Source: Marsupella aquatica (Eukaryota > Plantae > Marchantiophyta). Taken from it: a DNA stretch of 64,000 nt. The notes below the pieces were generated by a model. That model was given only the letters and a program-made list of their open reading frames with translations. It did not search any database and had not been told where the DNA came from. The DNA is taken from the NCBI GenBank assembly GCA_973895155.1, contig OZ316891.1:10851875-10915874 (forward strand), given 5' to 3'. Both the position numbers and the translations under genes were made by a program. Positions 39,503 to 53,827 of the stretch are shown here, in pieces; the stretch's first letter is position 1; the number at the start of each line of letters is the position of its first letter.

Positions 39503-42500
39503 TCAAGGGATACAAGTTGCAAATTTGCACTGGCCCCCTTTGTGCCCTATTCGCATCTCACAAGCCTCTAAATCCAGCCACCCGTCTGGTACTTCGTCCT
39601 CAAAAGTCTCTTTGGTTGCGTTCACAGGGAATTCGTCGTAATATTTGTGATACCCACAAAGTACCCCTGCCTGATGTTCGTCACTGAGAAGCTCCTGAAT
39701 GATGTGGTTGTGGACTCTTTGGTCCAGCTGTTGAATTTCCACTTCGCTCAAATTACCTTTCAGAGACTTCAGTATTTCACCAGCTCGCCTGCGTGCCAAG
39801 ACATTAGCGCGCAACATTTAGTCTCACAATTGTTGCATTTGCAGCCTGCGAAATTCTTTCCTAAGCTTTGAAGGGATATTCCATACCTGCGCGCCAAGCG
39901 AGAGCGGAAAACTGCCAAGCTCCACGTTGACTGTCCACTGCCTAGAAAAACTTCTGCTTGATTGCAAAGCTCTTGTTCCACACCAGCATTGAGGCGACTA
40001 TTCACTTTCTCTTCAGGATCGTGGAGCCCAAAGAATTCTCTGAGTGCTATGCTCCCTTCGTCTGGAATGTACTCTCCGTTTGAGAAGTTTGGCAACCCCT
40101 CAATTCTCCACAGGCCCACCACTATCATGTTCCTCTCCCGCAACCGCTCCACAACCTGGCAGTCAGCAAAAATACCTTGTTTTAGAATACTATTTAGATC
40201 TTTCTAAAATCTGTATAATAGACAACATCTTTAATAGTTGTGCGGAATTTTGGATGATCGTAATTTATCTCTCACCTCTTTTATTAGACGAACGCCCTCT
40301 TCGCCTCGAATCCATCCATCAGTGGCCAAGTATATCGTGCTGAGATTTCTCTTATACGCTCGATCACAAATAGCACCTACAACATCCTCCTTAGTCACTG
40401 TAACAGCATGAAAGTGGCACGCCTTAGACGAGCTATCTATCCATTCCTTAGCCGAGGGATGCAGGCCTGTATTTATAATAGCTCCATCGCCACACCTCAG
40501 GAAGCAGCTTCCCATTTCCCGTTCTCCACACAAAGATTCTTCAAACCTCCAGTGCACTGCACACATACAGCAAAAGGTACGTAGCATTCAGTAATTCGAG
40601 ATCATGTAGAAATTGTTATGGAAAGGCCATCATACCTAAGTCCGATGAAGAATCCATAAAATCTTCAGCTCACGCTGTCTTAAAAAGAAAGGAGGAGGGA
40701 GGAAGTTAAGGAAATGGAGAAGCCAAATGAGCACCTGCTAAATATTTAATGTCGTGGCCGATAATCCGATTACTAATGGTGGTTGCAGAGTGTTCAAGGC
40801 TGCGGGAAGCCGTCAGGTAGGCAGACACTGCGAGGTATGCACCTCGCCAGCGTAAGCCTGGGAACAAACCACCCAATGCTACACAGCTCATTTTGGACTG
40901 CCCTAAAGCTTTTTGAACGTCTCCGGTCTTGGTCCAGCTCACAAATGACCAATTCAGGTCCTTGCCTTCTGACCAAATCTGCCAAGTCAATTCATAGATC
41001 AATCATTTCAACAATCAGGGGGTACACTGGACCAGCTAAGCCTTAATTTCCCGCAGACGAACTATGGCCATTGCAACTAAGGTCTGACAACTCAGGAAGC
41101 ATGCTTCACACCAAGGGTTGAAAATCGTGGTGCAGGCAAACCTCCACTTGGATTTTCCCACCCGCTGAAGCCCAGTGAACCGGTCCAATTAGAGCTGTCT
41201 AATTGACTTTTGACCAATGTCTAGACGTCCATTCCGTTGTTTCCTTTACGACTATCCGTGGAATATTGAAATCTGGTTCCCTACCAATAATTTCATATTT
41301 TTCATATTTGAAAACGTCCCAAACAGTCGTTGTGGATGTTTCAAATTGTGTGCAAGACAATATAGAATAAAGAATGATTGTTCGCAGTTTGCATCTTTCC
41401 AATCTGAGGTAGAATTCCAATCGTTGTTTAATTGTTTATCCATGACTGTGTTCAGAATTGTTTTCCCAGTGGGTATTTCAGAGTTCATTAATTCCAGATG
41501 AACGATTGAGTTTTACTGTTCTTTGTTAGAAAAACTAGGTAAAAACGAGCCTGCAAACAAAAGTAAAGCAATGACCCTAAACAGGGCTGAGAACACATCC
41601 TCACCGCATCAGTGGTTTTTTGGTCAAACTGCGACTCAAGCGATCTTTTGCGTGCACCTTTGAGGAACCATGAGTCATCCAAACTGTGGTTGCAACTCCT
41701 CAAGCATTGATCCACGTTGGCGACCCGCACAAACTTTGATAGTACCTCCATATTGTACCGTTCTTCAACCCCCAAGCCCTGCCCTTTAAGCCATAGCCCA
41801 CCTACAAGATATGATTCATCGTAATTGTAAGTCCACTGGCCAGTCTTTTGGAGTATTGTCACTGTCACTGCAGTAGTTAAATTTCTGGTTTGGATTCCAT
41901 CTTTGGTTCTTCCTCTCTCCTTCCTCTCTCCTGGTGCAGGCTTCTCCGGCCTTCTGGGCTTCATGACCTCTGTTCCACCTGGGTGCCGACCCCCTTTGCG
42001 GGGCCACCCATTTTCGTATGCTGGCTTTTTGAACGAAATTTAATTTGGTTTTCTTCAAGGCAAAAATTGTAAGTCGGTACTACTAAGAATGCTCACGTTT
42101 AGTTGCAGTTAAATTCATGGCCCACTACACTCAAGCTTTACTTCAACTCAACTGGCAGTCTACATCTATTTGAAATGGTCAAATTTACTTGCACTGAATT
42201 GTGAGCACTCTGTATCTCAACACACATGGTTAATTGGTAATTACAAAGAAAGAAACTAAGGACTAAATGTTCCTCTAAAATTAGGAATTTGAAGCTGAGA
42301 TGAACAACCTATTTTACCTAAAGATTTGCCTGAACTAGATGTTTTTCACACTAGAAAATTGAGCATGTCATAAACATTATGAGCATGCATTGGAACGAAA
42401 GGAGTTTGAGTGTAATACTATGTTTCAAACGATTGATGCATATTTACCAGTTTGTCGTGTCAACTGCTGTGATCTAGTAGTAGTTCTATTTCTAAAGTTA

Positions 42501-44376
42501 ATGAACCAATTTTTTAGAATGCGAACTTATACCAGTACATTGCTAGTGTGAGGAAGGTTGATGGCAGAAGCTGCCTTTCAAGATTTAAGGTCAGAATCCT
42601 GTAGGTGAGTGCTGTTCGTTACAGTGAACATTAATGGTGAGAAGGTGAATTAGTTGGATTATTGAACCGAGTTGCATTGAATCAAACTCTTCAACTGACA
42701 ACAATTGAATGAAATTCTTAAGCTGGGTCGAGTTAGATTCAGCTCAATTGTCAGTTCATTCATTGAAACTCAGCTATTTTACCTCTGTGCTTGGCGGGGC
42801 CATCTTGGAAGGGTGTAAGGCACAGCGTGCGGTTGAGGGAGTGCGCCACCACTGCTGCAGATATGTACTCCATTAGCTGGTTCCCAGTCCCCACAAAGTC
42901 GCTCAGGAGCGGCCATAAGTACTTCTCCCTTTCTTCCCGGGGAACGTCCTCCTCCTTCACGTACTCCTCGCCGACGACGCCCTGCATTCGTTTTGTCAAA
43001 TAATTGTTAGTACTCGATTACTCGGCCAAATCAACCTTACGCGACTGCCGTTAGAAAATCATCCTTGAACATATTGCAGTCTTCACTGCTGCATGCTGTG
43101 CCAACGATATACTTGAAAATTACCCTTGAGCATGCTGTTCCATCGATATGCAGGTTCAATAGCTGCTCGATAGTCAAAACTAACATTTACGAACATGAAT
43201 TGAATTGGTAATGAGATCGCTTGCGTTAAGTAAATTGAGTTGAGCAGGTGGAGTATGGAATGAACAGCTTGAATGGACGAATCATTGACAGGTGATCATA
43301 AGCGAGTTGTCGGTGAGGTAAGGTTAGGTAGACATTCCCCCTGAGTGATTCTTATATACTGGCAGCCACCAGGGTAGCTACGTCCTCAAGAGCGACGTAT
43401 GATGACCTTTCCAGCATTCAACTTCATTGAGTTCTAAATTGAAGAAGGCACTGTTCTGAGGCATTTCATCGCATTTTTGTGATGGAATCAATTCACTTAA
43501 TCAACATACTTGGCCTTGAACTCGGTCGAGAAACCTCCAGTTTTTATTTAGCATGTATAGTACAAGCATGCTGTACATCTAAGAAGTCAGTCCCCAGGGC
43601 CTGTTTTGAATTTCAAGCTAAGCTGTTCGACACAAATCGCGCACAACGAGCCGATAATTTTATTATTAGTCTCACAGTGCTTGGAGGCGTCGAATTCGAA
43701 CATGTCAACTACGGGGTCCTGAATAATTAAGTGAAGGGAACGGAACAGAATACTGTCGATCAGCAGGAGTACTCTTCATTGCTAAGCTTAGACCCTGGCT
43801 TCCTGAAGACACCTTCTTGTCGTTATTGTTTTCGCTAATGGAACTCCGGAAACTACGAATACTTGTGCAGTTCTCGATGCAGTTGTGAAAGGTTCCCGAC
43901 GGCGTAGGAACCAATCTTCGCATTGATTATGACAGTCCACGTACATCAGGCGTTCCACAATTGAGGGAAACTTTATCTACTGACCGCACGAAATCAAGAT
44001 TGTACTTCTCGGAATCCGGCTTCACCGCAATACACAGCTCCGACGTGTTCAGTCAATTTTACTGTTACGTAAGTTAGGAGGAAACGGACAGTGAGACGGC
44101 AACTATGATGTCCACGTCATTCCAAAAGTCTTACGGCATTCATGCACCGCAATCTGTCTCCAAACATCGGATCCTTGAAGCCATCGTTTGAACTATGAGG
44201 ATAGAATTTACCTTTTGCTGGATGATTGAGCCACCGAACCGAAAGGTGACGGTGAAGTCATCGGCCGAACGAGCGGCATAACGTCTAGCTGCCAACAGCG
44301 CCAGGCCGATTAATAAGATGCACACCAGCGTAATATGCGGCCGCGGAGGGGACGCAACCGCGACAACCATCGCCAT
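39503..44376 (-). CDS. O-fucosyltransferase family protein (POFUT-like GT-B fold), multi-exon, N-terminal membrane anchor
   Basis: N-terminal transmembrane segment (ITLVCILLIGLALLAA). Motifs KYLWPLLSDFVGTGNQLMEY...AHSLNRTLCL, AVHWRFEE, IYLATDG and VEQELCNQAEVFLGSGQSTWS. Exon boundaries are partly inferred. Confidence 0.8.
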
Positions 44377-45619
44377 TTCCTTTCAAGTGTCGACTGGCAA
44401 TAACCTCCCAACCTTAAATAATCCGACAACGAGTATAGGACCTCGCAGCAGTTTTCACATCTACTTGACTACTCCACGATTGCATCTGTAGCTTTCCGCT
44501 GTCGCCGACAAAATTTCGCAAAGATAGCGAGATTAACAAAGCATCCAGCTCTAAAGTCGATTGATGTCACCGAAAGCGTTACGTCGCAATCAACCAAGAA
44601 TTTAGTTATGCCAATGTAATGTAGCGCCGTGCGAGATGGTGTTGTCTAGTGTAGTTGGCCAAAACGAGTGCGGTTCAAATTCTTCCAAAGCACGCTCAAC
44701 CCTCTAAGATTTGAACCTTACAACCCTCGATCAAGATCTTTGAAAGACACACTTCCTTCCATCTGGACGGACACTACAGCCTTGTTGTATCTGGATCTCT
44801 CAATGCGGATGTCTGCGGTGGAGAGCAATATGTGCTGTACGTTTACAACATCAGAGTGAGCCAGGAAGCTACTTAGACAGCTCCATCATATATGCCAGTC
44901 GCTCCATGCCAGGCGATCGACCGTTACCGAAAATGGGTACCCGCAGCGTAATTCGGAACTGGAGATCTTAATTGCGTTCGATTTAAATTCCGTAGGACAA
45001 CACCGTCGATCATCATTGTTCACTCTCCGACAGCCTTCACGTTACTGATCGTAATCACTGGATGCCAATCACATTTGCGAGATCCAGTGCTTTCTACGCC
45101 TAGTAAGCCTCGGTTGTAAATCCTTATCACACTTATTTGGCGCCACTGACTCTCGTCCGAGGCTTGCTCCTAGTTCACCGCATCGATCTAATCATCTACT
45201 CCAGTACGTGAATTCGCGTCTTGCTTGCTGTTGTAACTAACATCGTTTATCACTCCAATTTGGCGCCTTTTGTACTCCAGGCTGAGCTCACGCTGGCAGG
45301 TGCTGAAAACATGCTTGATCGGCTCCGATTAGGAGCTTCCGTGCGCAATGCAATTCCCATTGCGCTCAATCAATGATCGATTGCATGCGTCCTGACAACC
45401 GTTTGGTGTCAAAGTTAGGTAGATGTACGAAAGTCAGCCGGTAGTCGGTTCATAGTCGATCGACCGACAAACGAGGAGAAGTGGGAGCATCAAATCCGCT
45501 TCGATCAAGCTTCATGAATTCACGTGTGATAGTGTGAAGTAGGTGAGACGGCGAGTCCAGTGCAGAAACCACTTCGATATCGGGGAATAGGGCGCATCAA
45601 AGCTTCAAGTTGGGGATGA

Positions 45620-45829
45620 TACAAATGGCCATAGCTACTTCATAGGGTTGTGTAAAATGGTTTTTTTTTGTTTCACTGGCCTCTAGGGTGACTTATGGTC
45701 ATGGCATATCACAAATAAATTCATGGACAATGAATTTGGTAGTCCATAATTTTTGAGTCCTTCACAAATGGCCATAGATTGTTCATAGGGTTATGCAAAA
45801 TGGTTTTTGTGTTTTTGTTTCATGGCATA
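45620..45829. repeat. Tandem repeat (~150-bp unit), left part, split by the Helitron
   Basis: Units ACAAATGGCCATAG...CATAGGGTT...GGCCTCTAGGGTGACTTATGGTCATGGCATATSACAAATAAATTCATGGAC continue at 54362. Confidence 0.85.
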
Positions 45830-47270
45830 TCAGAAACTTTAATACAAGGTTGCGCCATTTTTTGGCGTGGTCGTCATTCAAATATGGCGGCCCGTTTTGA
45901 CTGGGAACAAAGCAAATCAGGGAATAAGGAAGCAACAGCCGCAAATCAAAAAAGATTGCACTGCGTAAATGGCGTAGCGAGGCGGCGACCAAGCGCGGGA
46001 CTACTGACAGTTCCTTCCCCCCCGGGCGCGACTCCTCCCTCAACCGCGACTACCGCCGCACCTCCCAACATGCCTCGCGACTAGCGCCCTTCCTGCCTGG
46101 CCGAGCCGGCTCCCTCCCTCCCCCGGCCGCCCGACTACATCCCTCGGCCGCCCCTCCCTCCTTTCGCTCTGCCCCTCCTCACTCCCCATCCCGCTCGCTC
46201 CCCGTCCCTGCCCCTCCTCGCTCCCCGTCCCCGCCCCGTCTCCGCCCCTCCTCGCTGCCGCAGCCTCGGCCATCCTCCCTGCTGCCGCCGCAGCCGGACG
46301 CAGCCAGCCGCCCCTCCTCGCTCCCCATCCCCTCTCTCCCACCTCTCCTCGCTGCTGCGGCCTCGGCCCTCCTCGCTGCTGCTGCAGCCGGCCGCCCCTC
46401 CTCGCTCCCCATCCCCTCTCTCCCCACCCCCCTCCTTGCTGCCGGGCTCCTCGCTGCTGCCGCAGCCGGCCGGCCCTCCTTGCTCCCCATCTCCTCGCTC
46501 CCCACCCCTCCTCGCTCCTCGCTGCTGCCGCAGACCGCGGCCTGTGTCCTTGCGCTGCTGCTGCCCTCCTTGATCCCCTCGCCCTCCTCCGCGGCCTCTC
46601 TCCCCCGGGCTCTCCCAAACCCTCTTCAGGGTCGCTGCTGCTCTCGGGGTGCTGCCGTAGCCGTGGTCTCCCTGCGACCCTTCCCTCTTTTGGTCGCCTC
46701 TCTTCTGCGGCCCGAGCCGTGACCAGCAAGAATCGACGCAACCAACAAGCGGCGCGCGGGCTGATGAGCGACGACCTTGCCGAGCCTGGACTAACAATGG
46801 CCCAACTCTGAGCAAGGGCCGACAACGACGCGCGCCGACGACTTGGCTTGCCCCAGCCGACAACTCCGCCCTCGCGACTCGATTTATAAGCAACCACCGC
46901 GGGTTTCAGGTCCAGGCATCCTGGACTGCAGTTTCAGGTCCAGGCGTTGCCCTTTCATCAAAAACTCCTCCTAAAAGTGAGCCATCCCTGGCCCTAACTC
47001 AAGTAATTGCTATGATACCAACTCCCGGCCGAGCCCTAAGACTTGCCATGATCACTTGCCACCCGATTTAGAAGTGAAAGACGCAATGGTTGGGGGCCAA
47101 AATATGGGGACCAAGCATGGTCCGGGGGTGGCAGGTCCCTAGAAGCATATATGAGGGGACCACTCCTCTCAAAGATCCCAATGTTGAAAAGTTGCACAAA
47201 CCACACCACCACCCCAAGGGGGCATGGCGTTGGCGAGTGCGGAGCCGAGTAAGCTTGGATGAGGTTCAGT

Positions 47271-48035
47271 TGGGGCTGGGGGATGCAAGGGGTAGGAAAA
47301 GGGCCCATTGAAAAGTCGGCCAAGCCATGCCGTTGCCCCAAGGGTCTCGGCATTGGGGCGGCCAAAGCCAAGTAAGCGGCCGCGGCGACTTTAAGTTAAA
47401 AAGCTTGAAGTTACCAAACCTTTGGGGTTACCAATGGGGCTGGGGGATGCAAGGGGTAGGAAAAGGGCCTGTTGAAAAGTTGTCCAACCCATGCCGTTTC
47501 CCCAAGGGTCTCGGCATTGGGGCGGCCAAAGCCAAGTAAGCGGCCGCGGCGACTTTAAGTTAAATGCTTAAAGTAACCAAACCTTTTGGGTTACCAATGG
47601 GGTTGGGGGATGCAAGGGGTAGGAAAAAGGCCTGTTGAAAAGTTGTCCAACCCATGCCGTTTCCCCAAGGGGTCTCGGCATTGGGGCGGCCAAAGCCAAG
47701 TAAGTGGCCGCGGCGACTTTAAGTTAAATGCTTAAAGTAACCAAAAATCTGGGGTTACCAATGGGGTTGGGGGATGCAAGGGGTAGGAAAAAGGCCTGTT
47801 GAAAAGTGTCCAACCCATGCCGTTTCCTCAAGGGGTCTTGGCATTGGGGCGGCCAAAGCCAAGTAAGGGGCCGCGGCGACTTTCAGTTAATCAACTTTAA
47901 GTCACCAAAACTTTGGGGTTACCAATGGGGTTTGGGGATCATGCAAGGAGTGGCAAAATGTTTAGTTGAAAAGTTGGCCAAGCCGTGCCGTTGCCCCAAG
48001 GGGTCTCGGCATAGGGGCGGCCAAAGCCAAGTAAG
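47271..48035. repeat. Helitron-internal tandem repeat, ~164-bp unit, about 5 copies
   Basis: TGGGG..GGGGGATGCAAGGGGTAGGAAAA...GGCATTGGGGCGGCCAAAGCCAAGTAAG recurs at about 47271, 47435, 47598, 47762 and 47927. Confidence 0.9.
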
Positions 48036-48373
48036 CAAACATGGGTTAACTTAGGGGCAAGAGGCACAACTCCTGGAAGCAGGAGGAACGCCGCCAAGGT
48101 TGGGTGGGTGGGCGGGATGAAGGGGCCCTTATAGGATGTATCCTTGACGGATATTGGGCTCCTTCTAATATCCCATGTCTCTTGCGATGGTGTCCTCCAA
48201 CCGGCGTTCAACTTACTTAGGGTTTGTCAAGCTTGGAATGGGGCATGAAAATTTGAATGACTCATTTAAATTAGAATGACTAACAAAATATGTGCATTGG
48301 ATGCAGACAACGGACTATGGGCGGGAGCATGGAGTAATTAGGGCTTTCTTATGCTGAGGGTACCGTTGCCAAC

Positions 48374-51300
48374 ATGCCTCCTCCCGACCAGGTATTGGCG
48401 GCTCGGCGTGAGAGGTACGCCAAAAACAAAGACGCCATTAATGAAAAGCGAAGGGCGAGGCGAGCTCAGCGTCGGCAACAACAAAATGGGGTGGTTGGAA
48501 ATAATGGAGGGGCTGCGGGGGCTCCAACTGATGGGGTTCGGGCAGAGGCGAGCGCTCAACCAAACTTGGTTGGGCGTATGAACAGTGGGAGACAGCTTCG
48601 TCGTGAGGCTCGGGGCCAAGGGCAAGCATTGGAAAGGCCCCATGCCATTTTCAATGTTAGTGTTGGTGATCCGAGCACATCGGTCCGCCAACCCATGGTT
48701 CCCTGTGACCCACATGTATTTGATGAAGGATGGCTCATTCAAGGTGCTTTGGATGAAAGTGGGATTCACCATCCTCCATTGGAGTTAGCCTCCAACGCGT
48801 CCTATGAGGCAGCATCACATGTTCAATTGGAACCTTGCCTCTATGATGAGGAGTGGCTTATCAATGGGGCGTTGGATGATGGGGGGATTGATTGTCCGCC
48901 AGAGGAACCGATGCACGCTCTCGGGGGTTTCACTTCCACAAAAATGGCATATCACGTGCGACGAAGGATAGGGTCATTTTATTGGTTGTAAGGGAAGACT
49001 TAAGAATTTTTGTAGAAGAACAATAGGGTCTTTTAAATTCAATTTTGAGACTTATAAGAACACTAGGGCCTTTTTAATCCAATTTTTGGAATATTCCAAG
49101 AATATTCCAACTTTATAGGGGTTAAAAAATAATAATTTTTTCTTACATTTTAGGGGGTCCAAGGCCTAAAAACGTCACAGGTGATGGGGAGGTCCCCATG
49201 TAGTGAGACCCCCGAGTGCACGCTCAGACTGAAACTCATTTGTTTGATGAGGAGTGGCTCATCAATGGGGCAATGGATGGCGGGTTTGATCAACATGCGG
49301 TGGGGGAATTATATGACCCTGAAGAAGATTATGTCAACGATGGGGATGGTGAATTTGACACTTTTGTGGAGGGGACCTTGGAGCTGTCAAGTGGAGAAAG
49401 GGAACCGGATGTAGGGCCTGATGTTACGTCTAAAGTCCAGGAGAGTTTGGCAGCTGCACCAGTCACACCTGCATTGCGGAGCGAAGAAGAAATAGCGCGA
49501 CGAAGACGGAGGGCACAACTTATCAGTCGTCTTCCAAAGGCGCGAAGGCTGTTGGATCCTCATTTGGCCCGACATGGTTTGGGGCGTATGGACGTGGTTT
49601 GCCACACATGTGGGGCACTTCATTGGCTTCAGGAATGCAAAAAGGGCACCAAAAACAATCCCCTTTTTAGTGCCTATTGTGCTGATGGCAAGGTGAAATT
49701 ACCTCCTTTTGGTGCCCCACCCGAGCCTCTGCGAAGCTTGCTTACAAGGCAAGACAATGTTGGGAAGAATTTCCGCGACAACATAAGAGGTTATAACAAT
49801 GCCTTGGCGTTTACCTCCATTGGTGCAAAAGTGGATGAGCGCAATAATAGTCGAGGACCTTATTCCTTTCGTATCCAAGGAGCGTTGTACCATCTTGCGG
49901 GAAGCCTTTTGCCCCCTACAGGAGAAGGACCCAAATTCGCGCAATTGTACATTTACGACACCGCCAATGAAGTGGGGAATAGGTACCTTCCCCAATCCCA
50001 TGACCACTTGCTCTTCCATCTTGCTTAGGTACATTTTCATATATCTCCAACCCGAGTGGTTCTAATTGCTTTTGTTGCAGGCTCAACCGAATGCCGCACT
50101 TGGATCCAAGGATACTGGCTCAACTACAAGACATGTTGCATGAACATAATGGATATGTTCATCTATTTAAGAACGCAGGAAGTCGGATCGAGGGGGGCGA
50201 TGTGCCAGAGGTATCTTTACACCTCCTGGCCGAGCGCGACAGTGATCCAAGACGTTATAACAAGCCCACGGCTGATGAGATCGGCGTTGTCATGGTGGGT
50301 GACGAAGATATAGAGGTATGTCATAGGGACATCATCCTTAGGCAAACAAATGGGCATTTGCACGGGATCTCTGAGTGGCATAGGTCTTATGCACCACTCC
50401 ACTATGTTCTTCTTTTCTCGCGAGGCCAAGACGGATGGTCATATGATATCCCGTTGACGGGTTTTGAAATGAGTGACGGGGTTCTTCATCAAGCTGTTAC
50501 CGGGGCAAGGAGTGGACGTAACAGGTCCAAGAAGGTCACCCAACTACAATACTTTGCATACCATCTTCATGCACGATGCAATGATGATTGGCTCCTTCAT
50601 GGTGGACGGCTCCTAAAGCAGTACATTGTTGATGCCTACGCATGCATCGATCAAACACGCTTGACGTATATCTGCAATAATCAACGAAAATTGCGGACTG
50701 ACCTATATTCGGGTCTTCAAGATGCCGTGCACGAGGGAGATGCACGCGCAAGTGAGTTGGGCAAGACTTTCATCCTGCCCTTGACTTATGGTGGTAGCGC
50801 ACGTAGCATGGCCCAAGCATACCAGGATGCCATGGCTGTCATACGCACATACGGCCCGCCAGATCTCTTCATCACGTTCACTTGCAATCCAGAATGGCCG
50901 GAGATCAAAGCAGAGTGCTTTGAGGTTCAAAGTCCAGCCAACCGGGATGAGATTGTGGCACGATGTTTCAAACTGAAGCTAAGGGCGCTGTTAGCAGAGG
51001 TTCGCCAAGGGGTCTTAGGAAGGCCCGTTGCCTCTATGTATGTCATAGAGTTCCAAAAGCGTGGGTTGCCCCATGCCCACATGTTGATCAATTTGGCAGA
51101 GCAGCACAAGATTCGCACCCCTGACAAGGTGGATGAGTTGGTGTGTGCGGAGATCCCAGATAGAGTAAAATATCCTCGACTTCATGAGACGATAACCAAG
51201 TGCATGGTCCATGGTCCATGTGGCATAGGTTATCCAAACTCGCCCTGCATGGAAGATGGGAAGTGCACTAAGAAATATCCTTGCGAATTCTCCTCAGAGA

Positions 51301-53827
51301 CACAATTTGGGGACGGAGGCTATCCTTTGTATCGGAGGCGAGACAATGGCCAATCATTCAGCAAAGACAGTAATGGATTTAGGTTTGACAACAGGTGGGT
51401 TGTTCCCTATAGCCCATACTTGAGCATGAAATACAATGCTCACATTAACGTGGAGATTTGTTGTTCCATTAAGGCGATTAAGTACTTATACAAGTATGTA
51501 TATAAGGGGCATGATCGGGCGACGGTGGAAGTTGGAGAGTCACGGGATGAAATCAAAACACATCTTGATGCCCGTTATGTGTCTGCGGCGGAAGGGACGT
51601 GGCGGATTTTCCAATTTAAAATGGCAGAGAGTAGTACTTCTGTCCAGCGTCTCCAAGTGCATTGTGAAAAGGAGCAAGCAGTGATGTTCAATGAAGATGC
51701 AGACATCATGGACGTGGTTGAAAGGGAGTCGAACAGGGACATCACTTTGACAGGATGGTTCAAGACAAATGCAATGTTTGAATCGGCACGCCATGTCACG
51801 TACACTAATTTCCCTCAAGAATGGACGTGGAACAAGGCTGTATAGAAATGGTCTCCGCGTCAGCAAGGGTTTAGCATTGGGCGAATGTACTTTGTGGCAC
51901 CATCGGCTGGGAGAGATATTATTTGCGAGCCTTCTTGATTGTTGTCACTGGGGCTCAAAGTTTTGAAGATCTCCGAACTTTTGAGAACGTGGTGCATCCA
52001 ACGTTCAAAGAGGCCGCCCTCACGCGTGGATTGTACGAGAATGATGTAGAGTGGGATAGGTGTCTTGGCGAGGCGGGCCTCATACAGACCGGCTCACAAC
52101 TTTGACGGTTGTTCATCACCATCCTCATCTTTGGCGGCCCCACACAACCCTGTGATCTGTGGACAAGTTACGCTTCAAAGTTGAGTGATGATTGTTGTCA
52201 TCGCCTTCTCAACATGGGTTTTCTTGAGCCCTCGGAAGAACAACAAAGGAGCTTTGCACTGTATTTAATTGGACAGGCATTGCACACCCAAGGGAAGACG
52301 TTGGGTGAATTTGGGTTGCCCCTCCCTTCAGAACAGTTTTGTGAAGATCTGGCAAACACCAATCAATTGATACGGGAGGAGATGTCCTATTTCCAGGAGG
52401 ATTTGGAACAACAATTGGCTGAGCAGGAGCCATTGTTGAATGTTGGGCAACGCACTGCTTACACTGCAATATTGGAGGCAGTTCAGGGTCGTGAGGCTTC
52501 CACATTCTTCATAGATGGGCCAGGAGGGACAGGGAAGACCTTTGTGGAGAATGTGCTTCTACGTAGGGTGCGGGCTGATGGGGACGTAGGGTTGGCTGTG
52601 GCCTCTTCGGGAATTGCAGGTTTGTTGTTGGATGGAGGTCACACAGCACATTCAAGGTTTAAGCTTCCTCTCAATCCCGATGCTCAATCACTATGCAACG
52701 TGAAGAAGCAAATGGAGCTTGCTGAATTGTTGCGAAGGACAACATTCATTCTGTGGGATGAAGCGCCTATGGTTCATCGACATGTTGTGGAGGCGCTTGA
52801 TAGGACACTTCGCGACATAAGAGAAGACAACAGAAACTTTGGGGGGCTGGTGGTTGCATTTGCAGGGGACTTTTGACAAGTGTTGCCAGTGAAAGCAAGA
52901 GCAAGCCGTGCGCAGATTGTGGGAGGATGCTTGAAGAAATCTCACATTTGGCACTCTATGAAAACATTCAAGCTTACGGAGAATATGCGTGCCCGGGGTA
53001 CATCCACTTCAATTGAGTTTGGGAACCAGACTTTCCAAGAATGGCTCCTTCAACTTGGGGATGATAAATTGCCAAAGCAAGGAGCGTTAAATAACATGAT
53101 TATGGTCCCGCCATCCATGACGGAGGACATTGTTGACACCGACTCCTTGATTCGTGCAATTTATCCATCATTGGAGAATATTGATGACAAGTTCCTAAGC
53201 GAGAGAACAATATTGGCGCCAACGAACGAGGAGGCGCTGAAGATCAACAGTTCAATATTGGAAGGGCTCGTAGGAGATGCGCACACCTTCTTAAGTATAG
53301 ATTGCCCCGATCAATTGGAAGGACATGACTTTTACCCTACTAAGTTCTTGAATACGCTAACACCCAGCGGTTTGCCTCCGCACAAGCTGGTACTTAAGGT
53401 TGGATGCCCTGTTATTCTTTTACGTAATGTCGACTTCACTACAGGATTATGTAACGGGACACGACTCATAGTACGTACAATCAATAGTCGTGTCATAGAG
53501 GCGCGGGTTCTTGCAGGCACACATGCAGGGAACATAACGTTCATACCACGTATTCCGTTGACGTCAGATGAGGGACTTCCTTTCATGCTGCGAAGAGTCC
53601 AATTCCCGGTTCGAGTGGCATATGCCATGACTATTAATAAGGCACAAGGTCAGACTTTAGAACATGTAGGATTGCAACTTTCTAAGTCGGTTTTCAGTCA
53701 TGGTCAATTGTATGTTGCCTTTTCAAGAGCAACATGTCCTACAAGGATAAAAGTGTTACTTCCAGACAATGAAGATGGAGAAGCAAAGTTGACCAAAAAT
53801 GTTGTATATGATGAAGTTCTCTACTAA
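48374..53827 (+). pseudogene. Helitron Rep/Pif1-helicase (RepHel), with stops and a frameshift
   Basis: Zn-finger CHTCGALHW; HUH motif VIEFQKRGLPHAH; Y2 motif YLYKYVYKG; Walker A GPGGTGKT; WDEAPM; TINKAQGQTL; HGQLYVAFSR. Intron ~49983-50080. Stops at 51845, 52105 and 52876. Confidence 0.93.
48920..49216. mobile_element. MITE, CTCGGGGG...CCCCCGAG termini, 8-bp TSD TGCACGCT
   Basis: TIRs CTCGGGGGTTTCACT / AGTGAGACCCCCGAG (14/15). Perfect TSD at 48912-48919 and 49217-49224. Removal restores EPMHA|QTETHLF in RepHel. Confidence 0.9.

Noticed and set aside
44638-44690. tRNA-like A box (TAGTGTAGTTGG) and B box (GGTTCAAATTC)
   Set aside because: The boxes are too close together and there is no cloverleaf. 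At most a SINE or tRNA relic.
46040-46897. Long Arg/Gly-rich ORFs on the minus strand
   Set aside because: By-product of a GC-rich low-complexity repeat, open in several frames, with no domain.
47009-47020. iMet PBS-like TGGTATCATAGC on the minus strand
   Set aside because: No adjacent LTR end (CA) and no gag ORF.
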